A stretch of DNA of 64,000 nt from Polyangiales bacterium (lineage in GTDB: Bacteria; Myxococcota_A; Polyangia; Polyangiales; Ga0077539): contig JBGARZ010000008.1 in NCBI GenBank assembly GCA_044229975.1, positions 192,001-256,000 on the forward strand, in the 5' to 3' direction. Position 1 is the first letter of the stretch; each line of letters starts with the position of its first letter. The notes beneath the pieces are model-generated. The model was given only the letters and a program-made list of their open reading frames with translations. It was not told where the DNA came from and searched no databases. This document shows, piece after piece, positions 47,401 through 58,583 of this stretch. The position numbers and the translations under genes are program-made.

Positions 47401-49229
47401 AGGAGGTTCATCGTCGACTCGGTGGGGCAGCGCCAGTCGACGCGCGCGGCGATCGGGCGGGACATCGGGCCCATCACCCCGCCGTCCGACAGCGAGCAGA
47501 ACACGCTCGGGTAGGTCAGCGAGGTGGTGAGCTGGCCCGCCGCGGTGGTCGTCGCGAGGAGCATCCCCGAGGCGCGGTGTCGGCTGGCCTCGATGAGGCC
47601 GATGTCCTGCACCATCGTTCCGCCGACGACGCGGGGCGCCGAGACCTGGTAGGTCTTGAGGTAGTCGTAGGCGTCCACGCTGGAGTAGGTCGCGGCGTAG
47701 CGCGTGACCACGTAGGTGCCCGCGGGGATGGCACCACCCATCAGCCGGCAGTTTTCGGGCGCGCTGACGAGGAGCGTGCCGCGGACGCCGGTGCTCCGCT
47801 GCGTCGGAAACGTGCACGTCGACGGGACGTCCATCGACCCGATGTCTGTTCCTGCGTCGAGGGCGGTGGTGCCCTCTCGCTGGAGCGTCTCGCCGAAGCC
47901 GTAGCCGAGGGGGTTCCACCGCCAGAGGATCTGGTTCGCCGCGGCGTCGTAGCGAAACTCGCCGCGCAGCGCGGTGGCGCCAGCGGTGTCGCAGCTCGGG
48001 GTGATCTCGTAGGTGCTGTCACCCGTGACGGGAGTCGTGAAGCGGATGGCGCCGCGCAGGGTGCGCGTCTCGGTCGTGCCGCCCGCGGTGCGCGTCTCGG
48101 TGCGCTCGATCTCGCGCGCGCCGCCGACGGTGGAGAGCCGCACGGTGATGCGCGTCGTCCCGGCCGTGGCGGTCATGATGTTCACGCCCCGGTCGATGAC
48201 CGTCCACGTTCCATCGGGCGGCGTGGCGCGGACGGTCCACGGCGGGCGGTCGAAGCCCTCGGGGTGTTCGGTGATCATCGTGGCGCTCTGCGGGAGCTCG
48301 GTGCAGGGGCCGACGCCTGCATCGACGGGCGTGCCCGCGTCCATCTCCGGGGGCGGCAGGCACGGGAAGTCGCACAGCGATCGGTAGGCCAGCGTCGCGA
48401 AGAGCAGCCCGAGCGTCCCCGGCGTGAAGGTGTCGACGTCGAACTCGGGAAGCGCACGCTGCGTACCGAAGGCGTCGCAGATGCAGCGCACCACCGTGTC
48501 GGCGGTCGTGGCGGTCGAGCAGGTGACCGAGTGGGTCGTCGTCCCGAGGATGGACGCGACGGCGCATCGCTGGCCGCAGTACTCGTTGGGTCTGCCCGAC
48601 GCGCACTCGACGAGGCTGCACGCCGTGTCGGGCGCGAAGCACTCGCTGGCGCGGATGAGCACCACCACGAAGCGGGAGAACGATCGCGTGCGGCCGGTCA
48701 CGGTGGTCGCCTGCGGGGCGTCGGCGCCGACGAGGGACCAGGTGTCGGCGGTCGCGGGCGCGTGCAGCATCGCGAGGCTGTCGCCGCGGCGGAAGGGGCC
48801 GGCGCCCACCAGCGCGCGGTCGACGTCCGCGGTGAGCACCACCGGCGCGGTGAAGGTCGTGCCCGTGGGGTTGAGCTCGAACACGGGCGACACGGCGACG
48901 GCGCCTGGCGGGAGACGACCCGCCGACGCCCGCCCGACAGCGATGGGTGTGTCGACGCGGAGAGCGCCGGCGGGGATCACCACACGGAGGCCGGGGGCGG
49001 TGAGGGTGGCGCCCGCGGGGCCGACGAGCTGCGACGTCACGGAGGCATCCACGGGGGGAGCGTCGGCGGTGGTGGTGGCGTCGGACGTGGCGACGTCCAT
49101 CCCCGCGGCGTCGGTCACGGCCTGATCGACGGCGGGCACATCCGCGGTCGGAGTCGGCGTCGAGCCCTCGCCTCCGCAAGCGACCAGCCACATCACGACG
49201 AGGATCAGGGAGAGCAAGCGTCTCGACAT
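47316..49229 (-). CDS. Lipoprotein with ZU5-like domain and Cys-containing modules
   Basis: Lipobox LVACG; VGPAGATL..LRVVIPAGAL, PTGTTFTAPV, TRSFSRF; AGGAG RBS. Confidence 0.72.
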   Translation of the reverse strand: MSRRLLSLILVVMWLVACGGEGSTPTPTADVPAVDQAVTDAAGMDVATSDATTTADAPPVDASVTSQLVGPAGATLTAPGLRVVIPAGALRVDTPIAVGRASAGRLPPGAVAVSPVFELNPTGTTFTAPVVLTADVDRALVGAGPFRRGDSLAMLHAPATADTWSLVGADAPQATTVTGRTRSFSRFVVVLIRASECFAPDTACSLVECASGRPNEYCGQRCAVASILGTTTHSVTCSTATTADTVVRCICDAFGTQRALPEFDVDTFTPGTLGLLFATLAYRSLCDFPCLPPPEMDAGTPVDAGVGPCTELPQSATMITEHPEGFDRPPWTVRATPPDGTWTVIDRGVNIMTATAGTTRITVRLSTVGGAREIERTETRTAGGTTETRTLRGAIRFTTPVTGDSTYEITPSCDTAGATALRGEFRYDAAANQILWRWNPLGYGFGETLQREGTTALDAGTDIGSMDVPSTCTFPTQRSTGVRGTLLVSAPENCRLMGGAIPAGTYVVTRYAATYSSVDAYDYLKTYQVSAPRVVGGTMVQDIGLIEASRHRASGMLLATTTAAGQLTTSLTYPSVFCSLSDGGVMGPMSRPIAARVDWRCPTESTMNLLYDVSGSTVEVDVLVRGGWEYGETWTLQ

Positions 49230-49338
49230 CGACGAACTCCTTGGCGGGGCGGAAGGGAGTGCCACCAGAGGTGTTGATGTCGGGACCGATCGCGATTTTC
49301 TGATCGCGGGCAGCGGCGAGGTGGGTGGCGGGGATCAG

Positions 49339-51759
49339 TCAGGGGATGGAGAAGGAGTACTGGGGTGCACCGAGCTGGGTCGCCATCACGCCTGCCCCAG
49401 TGTCGACGGTTTCAAACGGTAGATAGTAGACGAGCGCGCCCTCGAACCGAGAACCGACAAACCGACAACCAACGCAGGACATCTTATCGATTACAAAGGT
49501 CTCCACCCAGGACGACAAGGCAAAATCACACGACTCAAACACCACCGACTCAATACGATATGGCATGGACGCAGAGGAAAAATCGCACCCGACAAACGAC
49601 GACCCTTCAAAAGTGGAGCCCACGAGGAGCGCGCCGCAAAACTTCAACTTCTCCGCCTGAACGCCGCGCCAGCTCGACGCCCTCAGGTCGAGCCGGGAGA
49701 GATCAGACCCCTCGGCGATGCCGACGAAGAGAGTCCGAGAGAGGATGCGATCCCAATGAGCGCGCGACGGCGAGCGCATCAACGCATGGTAGACGTCGAC
49801 GTACCTGCCCGGGCAATACCGCTCTGGAGCAAAACCCAGGTATTCCCGAGTGCCGAGCCCAGCAACCAGGAAGACGTTGCCCAGACTGATCCCCAAGGTG
49901 TCGCGCGGGCGCAGGCCCCACAGGCGCGCGACGCGAACCGTCACCTCCGCCTCTTGCTCATCAAGGATCATCCCATAGATAGGACCGAGTCGACCGACCA
50001 GGGCGCCCAGGTCTCGATCATGGGACACCGTCGAGCCTTGTTCGAAAAACGCGTGCCAGTCGCCCGCCATCTTCTTCAGGAATCGCTCGACGCCAACCGG
50101 GATGACGGCTACTCCGAACCGTTCGATCCAACGGCGACAGAGCGCGCCATCGGATAGACGGTAGGTCGTCTCGCCGAACTCGTCCCTCTCCTGTGCGACC
50201 ATCGCCGCGATCTCGACCGCGAGAAACTCCGCCGCGAGATACTCCCCAAGCGACTTGTGCAGAAACTCCCAGGCCCGTTCGTCCTGCTCGCTCCGCCGCT
50301 GGGAGATGGCGAGTATCAGTTGGATGGCCTTCGACTCGGTCTTGTCCGTCTCGATCTGTAGCCCGAGCGCGCTGAGCGCCCTCTGGAGATCCTCGCGGCG
50401 GATCACCTCCTGACCGCTCTGCATGACGGCGAACCCGATCACCCGGAGCAGCCGCCGTAGCTCCGCCGCCGTGAAGTCGCCTCGCTCCGCGTGGTGTCGC
50501 TTGCAGGTCTCCGAGATCACCCGGTGATAGATGCGAGCGAGGTCGACCGCCCTCCCCTCGCCGAGCACCTCGATTCCTTCGAGGTCCAACAACGCCAGCA
50601 GTCGCAACGTCAGCGGTTCATGGATCAACGAGCGCAGCACCTCGGCGTCCAACGCATCGCCGTGCGACTGCAGCCGCGCGCTGTTGAACACCTTGCCCGT
50701 CGCCCGATGCCACTGCTCACACCATTGAACGACCTGCCCATGGTCGAAGGGCAACAGCTTCACCACCGTCGCCCCCTCGGGGAGCGCCGTGTCGTCTCGC
50801 GAGAACACCGTGTCCCGCCCGAAGCACGCCACGCCTTGCACCCGCTGATCGCGAAGCAGCGTCTGCACCCGCAGGAAGAAGCTCCCCAGCCCCGTCCTCG
50901 ACGCCTGGATCAACTCATCGAAGCCATCGAGCAGCAGCACCAACCGGGGCGCCCGCGCGAACACCTCGCGCAACCCCGTCCCCACTTCTTCCTCCCGCGT
51001 CACCTGCGGCAGAACCCGCTCGATCTCCTTGAACAGGTCGCGCTCCGGCGAGACATCGCGAAGCCTGATCAGAAGCGGCTGCAGCAGCGGGTCTTCCGCC
51101 AGCTCCGAGGCCAGCATCGTCGCCAGCGTGCTCTTGCCCGAGCCCGGCCCTCCCACCACGAAGACCAGACTCGGCTCCGCGCCGGGCGGTTCGCTCGTCG
51201 CTTTCCGCAAGAGTGGGAGCGGGTTCGACTCGACCGGAGCCGCCTCTCGCTCCTGACGCTTGCTTCGCGCGCTCGCGAACACCTCCCGCTGGTACCGCGA
51301 CGGCACATAGATGCTCTCCAGAGGCACCTTGTGCGGCTCGGGCATCCCCCAGATCGGCTGCGCCCGCAGCGCCCGCAGCTCCGCGCGATACTTCTCCCAC
51401 CACTCCCCGCCCACTGGGGTGAACGAGTACGGATGCACGTGCGCCATCGCCCGATGGAGTTTCGGGCTCTGCCGCATCGACGTGAGCAGCTCGTCGACCT
51501 CCCGCTGCACCCTCGCCTCCGTCGACGCCGCCGAGAGCAGCCCGCTGAGCTCCTCGGGCGTCACCCGGTCGAGCACGCCGAACACCCGCGCTTCGGGAAC
51601 GTTCGCCGACAGCCCGAACGCCTGCTCTCTCGCCTCTCCCATGTCCTTCGCCGCGACGACCGCCGCGAAGCCCGCGCGCACCTCATCGAGCCGATGCACC
51701 AGGCGCCGCAGCTCACCCAGCGCCGCTGCCACTTCGTCGCGATCGAGCGTGTCCTTCAT
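49339..51759 (-). CDS. NACHT/STAND NTPase with C-terminal degenerate pentapeptide repeats
   Basis: LESIYVP, Walker A GGPGSGKST, Walker B LLLDGFDE, PLTLRLLA, WEFLHKSLGEYLAA; pentapeptide-like tail. Confidence 0.88.
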   Translation of the reverse strand: MKDTLDRDEVAAALGELRRLVHRLDEVRAGFAAVVAAKDMGEAREQAFGLSANVPEARVFGVLDRVTPEELSGLLSAASTEARVQREVDELLTSMRQSPKLHRAMAHVHPYSFTPVGGEWWEKYRAELRALRAQPIWGMPEPHKVPLESIYVPSRYQREVFASARSKRQEREAAPVESNPLPLLRKATSEPPGAEPSLVFVVGGPGSGKSTLATMLASELAEDPLLQPLLIRLRDVSPERDLFKEIERVLPQVTREEEVGTGLREVFARAPRLVLLLDGFDELIQASRTGLGSFFLRVQTLLRDQRVQGVACFGRDTVFSRDDTALPEGATVVKLLPFDHGQVVQWCEQWHRATGKVFNSARLQSHGDALDAEVLRSLIHEPLTLRLLALLDLEGIEVLGEGRAVDLARIYHRVISETCKRHHAERGDFTAAELRRLLRVIGFAVMQSGQEVIRREDLQRALSALGLQIETDKTESKAIQLILAISQRRSEQDERAWEFLHKSLGEYLAAEFLAVEIAAMVAQERDEFGETTYRLSDGALCRRWIERFGVAVIPVGVERFLKKMAGDWHAFFEQGSTVSHDRDLGALVGRLGPIYGMILDEQEAEVTVRVARLWGLRPRDTLGISLGNVFLVAGLGTREYLGFAPERYCPGRYVDVYHALMRSPSRAHWDRILSRTLFVGIAEGSDLSRLDLRASSWRGVQAEKLKFCGALLVGSTFEGSSFVGCDFSSASMPYRIESVVFESCDFALSSWVETFVIDKMSCVGCRFVGSRFEGALVYYLPFETVDTGAGVMATQLGAPQYSFSIP

Positions 51760-53078
51760 GGGACGAGCTGCGACCGGATGGCGTCGATGTACAGCGGCGC
51801 GATCGAGTACGTCGCCTTCTTCCCGACGATCGGCGCCAGCAGCCGCAGGAGCAGCGGGTTGGGCGGCAGCTCCTCGTCGAACGCCACCTGCACCCGGCCC
51901 TCACGCACCTCCGCGTCCACCCGCTCGATCACGAACACCAGCTCCGGCTCTCGACGCCACGCGAGCAACTGCTGCCGGAGCTGCGTCTGCACCCGCGCCA
52001 GCGTCACCGGCCGCTCGCTCGGCAACACCTTCACGCGAATCTCCTCGCAGTGCTGCAAGAACATCCCGACCCGCCCCTCCACCCGGTTGGCGAGCCACTT
52101 CAGGGCCTCTTCGTCGTACACCGCCTCGCCGTCGTTGAAGCACTCGATGCGCTTGCGATAGACCGCCAGCAAGGCCTCGGCGCTCTCCCACGTCCCGATC
52201 TCGCCGAGCGGCTTCAGCTCGTTGTGCCGACCGTTGTACGAGTGCGGTCGCACCGTCACCACCACCACGCAGCGCCCCGCCGCCGCCAGCTCGCCGAGCT
52301 TGTCGAGCAGCACCCGACACGCGTCGCCGTTCTCGCGCTGCGGGTCGAGCAGGTCGAGGTCGTCCACGAGGAAGAGCACCCGACGATCGGTCGCCACCCC
52401 GCGGCGAAACTCCAGCAGGCGCTGTATCCACGCCACGACGTGGTCGTCCGTCGACAGCGCGATGACCCCTTTGACCTTCTGCGCCTCGCTCTTCGATTGA
52501 TCGTCCGAGCGCGACGCTTCAGCCTTCGCCTCGAACTTCGGCTCCCCCACCAGCCCCGACGTCGGAACCGGCGCCTTCAGCGTGATCGAGGGCGCAAAGC
52601 TGAACCCGAACTTGATGGACCGTTGGCGGGCTTCGGCCGTCGTGTACTCGACCTCCAGCTTCTCCGCCGGGTCTTCGATCAACGGCAGGACGTCGTAGTA
52701 CTCCCTGAGATCTCGACTCCACGCGTCCATCGCCTCCTGCGTCTTGAACGAGTCGGGGAAGCTCGGGAGGGACTTGAGGAGGCTCGAGTACATCTTCGCG
52801 AGCACCCGCCGCGCCGTGCTCTTGTCGCTCGCCTGGACCACCAGTCGCTCGAACTTCGCCCCCCGCGCGATCGCCTCGACCACGAGGTAGCGGGCGAAGT
52901 GCGACTTGCCCGCGCGGGTCGGCCCGTGCACCGCCAACGGCAAGGTCGGGATGGCGTCCGACAGCAGAATCTCCAACCCGTTTTCCAGCTCGATCTCGCG
53001 GTTGTGAAACAGCCGGCGCAGGTCGTCCTCATCGTCCGGCGGATTCGGGTGAAACAGCAGTGCCGGGCTCTTGCTCAT
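51756..53078 (-). CDS. P-loop (AAA/STAND-related) ATPase with an insertion between Walker A and B
   Basis: Walker A HGPTRAGKS, Walker B FLVDDLDLLD, helical C-terminus. The stop overlaps the NACHT ATG (ATGA). Confidence 0.8.
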   Translation of the reverse strand: MSKSPALLFHPNPPDDEDDLRRLFHNREIELENGLEILLSDAIPTLPLAVHGPTRAGKSHFARYLVVEAIARGAKFERLVVQASDKSTARRVLAKMYSSLLKSLPSFPDSFKTQEAMDAWSRDLREYYDVLPLIEDPAEKLEVEYTTAEARQRSIKFGFSFAPSITLKAPVPTSGLVGEPKFEAKAEASRSDDQSKSEAQKVKGVIALSTDDHVVAWIQRLLEFRRGVATDRRVLFLVDDLDLLDPQRENGDACRVLLDKLGELAAAGRCVVVVTVRPHSYNGRHNELKPLGEIGTWESAEALLAVYRKRIECFNDGEAVYDEEALKWLANRVEGRVGMFLQHCEEIRVKVLPSERPVTLARVQTQLRQQLLAWRREPELVFVIERVDAEVREGRVQVAFDEELPPNPLLLRLLAPIVGKKATYSIAPLYIDAIRSQLVP

Positions 53079-53192
53079 CGGGTCGTGCGGCGACTCTACG
53101 TCAGCCCGCGGAGGCCATCCAAACGCCTGCACTTCACGGCCGCATGACTCGCCCTGCGATCGACGCCGGCTCCAACCTTGCCAACGCCCCGC

Positions 53193-54137
53193 TCACCCCA
53201 CCCTTCGACGCGCCAGCAGCCAGATCAGCGCCGCCGCGCCCAGCGCCGACGTCACCACGCCCACGGGCAGCTCGCGGTCGGACAACACCACGCGCCCGAC
53301 GGCATCGCACAAGGGCAGAAACGCCGCGCCCACCACCGCCGAGACCGGAATCAGCACCCGTCGATCGGCGCCCACCACCCGCCGCACCACATGCGGAACG
53401 ATGAGGTCCACGAAGGCGATCGGCCCGCACCACGCCACGCACGCCGACACGCCCAGCGAGCCCACCAGGATGCACGCCGTCCGCACGCGTGAGACGTCGA
53501 CGCCCTGCCCGTGCGCCTGCTCCTCGCCCGCCGCCAGCGCCGCGAGCGCCCGCACCTGCGCCAGCATCGCGACCACCGTCACCATCGCCACCGCCGCGAG
53601 CGCCGCGATGCCGCCGTAGCCCACCTGCGCGAGACGCCCGATGGACCACTGAAACACCGCCACCGTCGCCGTCGGATCAGCCTCCGACTGCAACGCCGTC
53701 GAGAGCGCTCCGGCCGCGAGCGAGCACGCGATGCCCGCCAGGATGATGTCCGCCACGCGCGTCCGGTGACGCGCCGCCACCGCGGCCACGAAGAGGCTCA
53801 CCGCCGACGACACCACGAAGGCCGCGAGCGTGAAGACCGGGAGCGTTCCGGCGGTGTGCGCGGGCCACCAAAGGGCCGCCATCGTTGCGCCGAGGACGGC
53901 GCCGGCGGTGGTGCCGATGGTTCCGGGCGTGGCCAACGGGTTGTGGAAGACGGTCTGAAACACCGCGCCGACCACGCCGAGCACCGCGCCCACCAGCGCG
54001 CCGACGAGCACCCGCGGGACGCGCAACTGACCCAGCACGAAGGGCCACGCCTCGGCCGACACCGACACGCCGACGAAGGGCATCGCGGCCACCACCGCGA
54101 CCGCGACGAGACACACCAGCGCGAGGCGACGGTTCAC
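53193..54137 (-). CDS. FecCD/BtuC family ABC permease
   Basis: LRVPRVLVGALVGAVL, FHNPLATP, GPIAFVDLIVPH, ELPVGVVTS; GTG start overlaps the ATPase stop. Confidence 0.92.
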   Translation of the reverse strand: MNRRLALVCLVAVAVVAAMPFVGVSVSAEAWPFVLGQLRVPRVLVGALVGAVLGVVGAVFQTVFHNPLATPGTIGTTAGAVLGATMAALWWPAHTAGTLPVFTLAAFVVSSAVSLFVAAVAARHRTRVADIILAGIACSLAAGALSTALQSEADPTATVAVFQWSIGRLAQVGYGGIAALAAVAMVTVVAMLAQVRALAALAAGEEQAHGQGVDVSRVRTACILVGSLGVSACVAWCGPIAFVDLIVPHVVRRVVGADRRVLIPVSAVVGAAFLPLCDAVGRVVLSDRELPVGVVTSALGAAALIWLLARRRVG

Positions 54138-54928
54138 GTCTCCTCCGTCGCGCGATCGGCGATGATGACCCGTCGGGCCCCTACTTGAGCCGCACGCATC
54201 GGCGTCCCGAAGAGCTCGCTCAAGCGCGATGGGAGAGTGTCCGAGTCGTAGGGCTCGTCGAAGCGAACGCTCCCCTCGGCGATGCCCACGACGCGCACGC
54301 GAGAGCGTCGCTCGGGGCCGCAGGCGAACTCGATGAGGTTCACGTCGTGGGTGACGCAGAGCACGCTGCGACCTTCGGTCCAGAGCGCGCCGATGAGGCC
54401 GTAGAGGATGATCTGTTGCGCCGGGTCGAGGTGGTTGGCGGGCTCGTCGAGGAGCACGCCCGCGGCGTCCTGGGCGAGGAGCGCTGCGACGGCCACGCGC
54501 TGGCGTTCGCCGCCCGAGAGCGAGGTCATCGCGCGGTCGACGAGGGCGTCGCAGCGGGTGCGGGAGAGCGCGCGACGAGCAGCATCGCGCGAGGCGGCGT
54601 GGGACTCGCGGAAGCGGTAGCGCGCGGCGGCGACGTACTCCAACGCGGGCACGGGCTCGCGGACGGCGTCGTGTTGGGGCAGCCACGCGAGGGACGCGGC
54701 GCGGCGGCGGGCGTCGAGGGTGGCGACGTCGAACCCTTGGAGGCGAACGGTTCCGGCGGTGGGGCGCAGCAGGCCGACGGCGGCGCGGACGAGGGTGGTC
54801 TTGCCCGCGCCGTTGGGACCGACGACGGCGACGAAGCCTCCCGCATCGAGGCGCAGCGAGACGCGGTCGAGCAGGGTGCGACCGCCCGCCGTCACCGAGA
54901 CGCCGTCGAACTCCAGCGCGGCACTCAT
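54134..54928 (-). CDS. Iron/cobalamin ABC transporter ATP-binding protein
   Basis: GPNGAGKT, LSGGERQR, LLDEP, VTHD. Confidence 0.95.
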   Translation of the reverse strand: MSAALEFDGVSVTAGGRTLLDRVSLRLDAGGFVAVVGPNGAGKTTLVRAAVGLLRPTAGTVRLQGFDVATLDARRRAASLAWLPQHDAVREPVPALEYVAAARYRFRESHAASRDAARRALSRTRCDALVDRAMTSLSGGERQRVAVAALLAQDAAGVLLDEPANHLDPAQQIILYGLIGALWTEGRSVLCVTHDVNLIEFACGPERRSRVRVVGIAEGSVRFDEPYDSDTLPSRLSELFGTPMRAAQVGARRVIIADRATEET

Positions 54929-55791
54929 GGGCCAGCGGGCAACGAGCGGAGCGCAGCCTCGAAGATGTCCACCACGTGGATGATGCGCGGGCCGACCGAG
55001 AGGCACGCCTCGCAGTCGACCACCCGGACGGCGCCGCGACGAACGGCCGCGAGGTCGGAGAGGGCGCTCCAGGCGGTGAGGTGGCGGGCGCGCTCCTGGG
55101 GGTCGACGCCGTCGCGCGGAAGGATGACGACCACCGCGTCGGGGTTGAGCTGGCGTAGCCGGTCGAGGTCCATGGAGGGGCGACCGACGATGTCGTGGTC
55201 GACGGCGTTGCGGCCACCGGCAGCTTCGAGGGCGGCGCCGGTGATGGAGTTGCGCTGGATGAAATCGACGCCGCCGTGCAGGTCGGGCGAGCTCGCGAAG
55301 GCGAGCAGGACCCTCAACGGAGAGGTGGGCGGGCGCGGTCGCAGGCGGGTCTGCATCTGGTCGGCGAGCGCGTCGGCGGTGGCGGCATGGTCGGTGAGGC
55401 GACCGAGCGAGCGCACGCCCGCGATGACCTCGTCGACGGTCTTCCAGCGGAGCAACGTGGTGGGCGCGATGCGCGAGAGCTGGGACCCCTGGCTGGTGGG
55501 CCCGGCGCTACCAAAGATGCGCGTGGGACGGACCTCGGCGATGCGGGCGTAGTCCGGGGTGAGGATGGTTCCGACGACGGGGAGAGCGCGAACCTCGGAG
55601 GGATGGGTGCAGTAGGGGGTTCGGGCGACGACCTGCGGGCCCGCGCCGATGGCGAAGAGGGTCTCGGTCATCGCGGCATCGAGCGAGACGTAGCGGGGCC
55701 CCGGGCGGGTGGCGGCCGGTCGACGGCACCCGACGAGCGCGACGGCGAGCAGGGCGACGAGACGCAGGGCCTGGCGGCGGGTCGACGACAC
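54925..55791 (-). CDS. Helical-backbone metal/cobalamin-binding lipoprotein (BtuF-like)
   Basis: Lipobox LVGC, TETLFAIGAG, YCTHP, GPRI. Confidence 0.85.
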   Translation of the reverse strand: MSSTRRQALRLVALLAVALVGCRRPAATRPGPRYVSLDAAMTETLFAIGAGPQVVARTPYCTHPSEVRALPVVGTILTPDYARIAEVRPTRIFGSAGPTSQGSQLSRIAPTTLLRWKTVDEVIAGVRSLGRLTDHAATADALADQMQTRLRPRPPTSPLRVLLAFASSPDLHGGVDFIQRNSITGAALEAAGGRNAVDHDIVGRPSMDLDRLRQLNPDAVVVILPRDGVDPQERARHLTAWSALSDLAAVRRGAVRVVDCEACLSVGPRIIHVVDIFEAALRSLPAGP

Positions 55792-55874
55792 GAGCGTGGA
55801 GCGACGTCTACACGTTGGGCGCGGCGAGCGTAAAGGCGCCGCACGCGCCGCGCGTGGTGTATGGCCCTTGGCCC

Positions 55875-56642
55875 ATGAGCACGACCGTCGCCGACACCGC
55901 GTTCACCATCGCCGTCATCCGCGCCGACGAGAGCCGACTCCCGCCAGCGGAGCGCCTCTTCGAGGACCGCTACGCGCCGATCTTCGCCGCCGCCGGGGCC
56001 CACGCCGCCGAAGGGACGCAGCGCTTCCTCGACCTGCCGTTCTTCCGCGACGGCATCCGCCTCCGCACGCGCTTCATCGACGACGCCGTCCGGTCGGCCC
56101 TCTCCGACGGGATCACCCAGATCGTGACCCTCGGCGTCGGCTTCGACACGCGCGCCCTCCGCCTGCCCGAGGTCGCGGCGCACGGCGCGCGGGTCTTCGA
56201 GGTCGACTTCGCCGAGCAGCTCGCGGTCCGGAGCGCCTTGCTCGCCGGTGCGGGGGAGGCGCTGCCGCCGTCCGTCGCTCAGGTCGCGTGTGACTTCGCC
56301 GCGCCCGATTTCGAGGTCGGCCTCGCCGCGGGTCTCGCCGCGCAGGGCTTCCGCGCCGGGGCGGGGGCGCTCTTCGTGTGGGAGGGCGTCACGGCGTACA
56401 TCCCACGCGCGAGCATCGACCGTAGCCTCACGTTCATGGCGGGCGCGGGCGGCGCGGGCGGTCGGGTGGTCTTCGACTTCGGGAGCTTCCTCTTCGACCC
56501 GGACGACGCCGCGACGGTCGTCCGGCGCCACGGCTTCGCGGTCTTCGAGGAGTCGGGCTTCGACGACCTCTGGCGACGCTATCTGCCCGGCGAACCACAC
56601 GAGAACGCCTGGGTGGCCCGCATGGGCGTCGCGCGGGTGTGA
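55875..56642 (+). CDS. SAM-dependent methyltransferase (LCM family)
   Basis: RTRFIDDAV, QIVTLGVGFDTRA, FEVD, WEGVTAYI. Confidence 0.9.
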   Translation: MSTTVADTAFTIAVIRADESRLPPAERLFEDRYAPIFAAAGAHAAEGTQRFLDLPFFRDGIRLRTRFIDDAVRSALSDGITQIVTLGVGFDTRALRLPEVAAHGARVFEVDFAEQLAVRSALLAGAGEALPPSVAQVACDFAAPDFEVGLAAGLAAQGFRAGAGALFVWEGVTAYIPRASIDRSLTFMAGAGGAGGRVVFDFGSFLFDPDDAATVVRRHGFAVFEESGFDDLWRRYLPGEPHENAWVARMGVARV

Positions 56643-56763
56643 GAGGAGAAGCTTCTGACGCCACGAAGCGCCGAGCGGGGAATACGCGCCACCCCCGCGT
56701 CATCGACCGCGGGCCTGCACATCAGCCGTCTTCCGGGGCGCGCCTACCGGTATCCTCCCCCCC

Positions 56764-57732
<969 letters not shown>

Positions 57733-57774
57733 TCGCGCGGGCGTTCAGGGAGACGGCGGCGCGTAGGGAGCGCG

Positions 57775-58494
57775 TCACTCCGTGGCTTCGAGCCACGCGA
57801 GCGCCTCGCGCCAACGCTCGCGCGCTTCGGGGCGGGCCGCGAAGCCGTGACCCCGCTCGCCGAGGTCGACGAAGCGCGCGTCGAAGCCCTCGTCCCGCAG
57901 CCGCTGGGCGGTGTCGCGGAGGGTACGCCAGGTTCCGTCGAGGCGACCCGCGGCGAAGACGGCGCGACGCACGCCCGCCCCGTCGAGGTCGGCCCTCCGC
58001 AGGTGGATGTACGCCCCGATGAACGCCACCCCGCGCCATCGCCCCGGCCTCGCCCGCGCCTGAAACCACGCCTCGTACGCTCCCTGCGAGAACCCGATGA
58101 GCACGCCCGGCGCGTTGCGATCGATGTTGTTGGGCGCGATCGCTGCGGCGGCCGCGCGGGCCCGGGCGACGGCGGCGAGGCGGCCGCTCAAGGGGCCGAT
58201 CCACGCGGCGCCGCCGCTGGGGAGACGACCGGGCGCGGTCGGGCAGACGAGCCACGAGCGGTCGGCGACGAAGTGACGGAAGTACGAGCACCCGGGCCGC
58301 GGATCGCCCCACCGCCCGTGCAGGTACACCGTCACCGGCCGCGGCGCGGTGACGTCGGCGGGCGCCACGATGTACGTGGGCGCCCTCGGGTCTCGGGTGA
58401 CTTCCATGGTGCGCGCCCCCTGGGCCCACACGCACGTGGCAACGCTGAGGACGCACGCGAACTCGCATGTGCGCCGTAGGACGGCTCGCAACAC
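57775..58494 (-). CDS. Alpha/beta hydrolase (carboxylesterase-like); start uncertain, ATG 58407 possible
   Basis: YLHG, GFSQG nucleophile elbow, AGRLD, GHGF. Confidence 0.8.
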   Translation of the reverse strand: MLRAVLRRTCEFACVLSVATCVWAQGARTMEVTRDPRAPTYIVAPADVTAPRPVTVYLHGRWGDPRPGCSYFRHFVADRSWLVCPTAPGRLPSGGAAWIGPLSGRLAAVARARAAAAAIAPNNIDRNAPGVLIGFSQGAYEAWFQARARPGRWRGVAFIGAYIHLRRADLDGAGVRRAVFAAGRLDGTWRTLRDTAQRLRDEGFDARFVDLGERGHGFAARPEARERWREALAWLEATE

Positions 58495-58583
58495 TGTTCC
58501 CTCCGCTCGACGGGGTCGACGCCGCCGCGGGGGTGCGGCGAGGTCAGCGACTCATCGCGCGAGGGCCTCGAAGTGTGACCGCG

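Noticed and set aside
55792..55874. Cobalamin riboswitch upstream of the BtuF-like ABC operon
   Set aside because: The intergenic space is only ~80 bp and no B12-box was recognisable.
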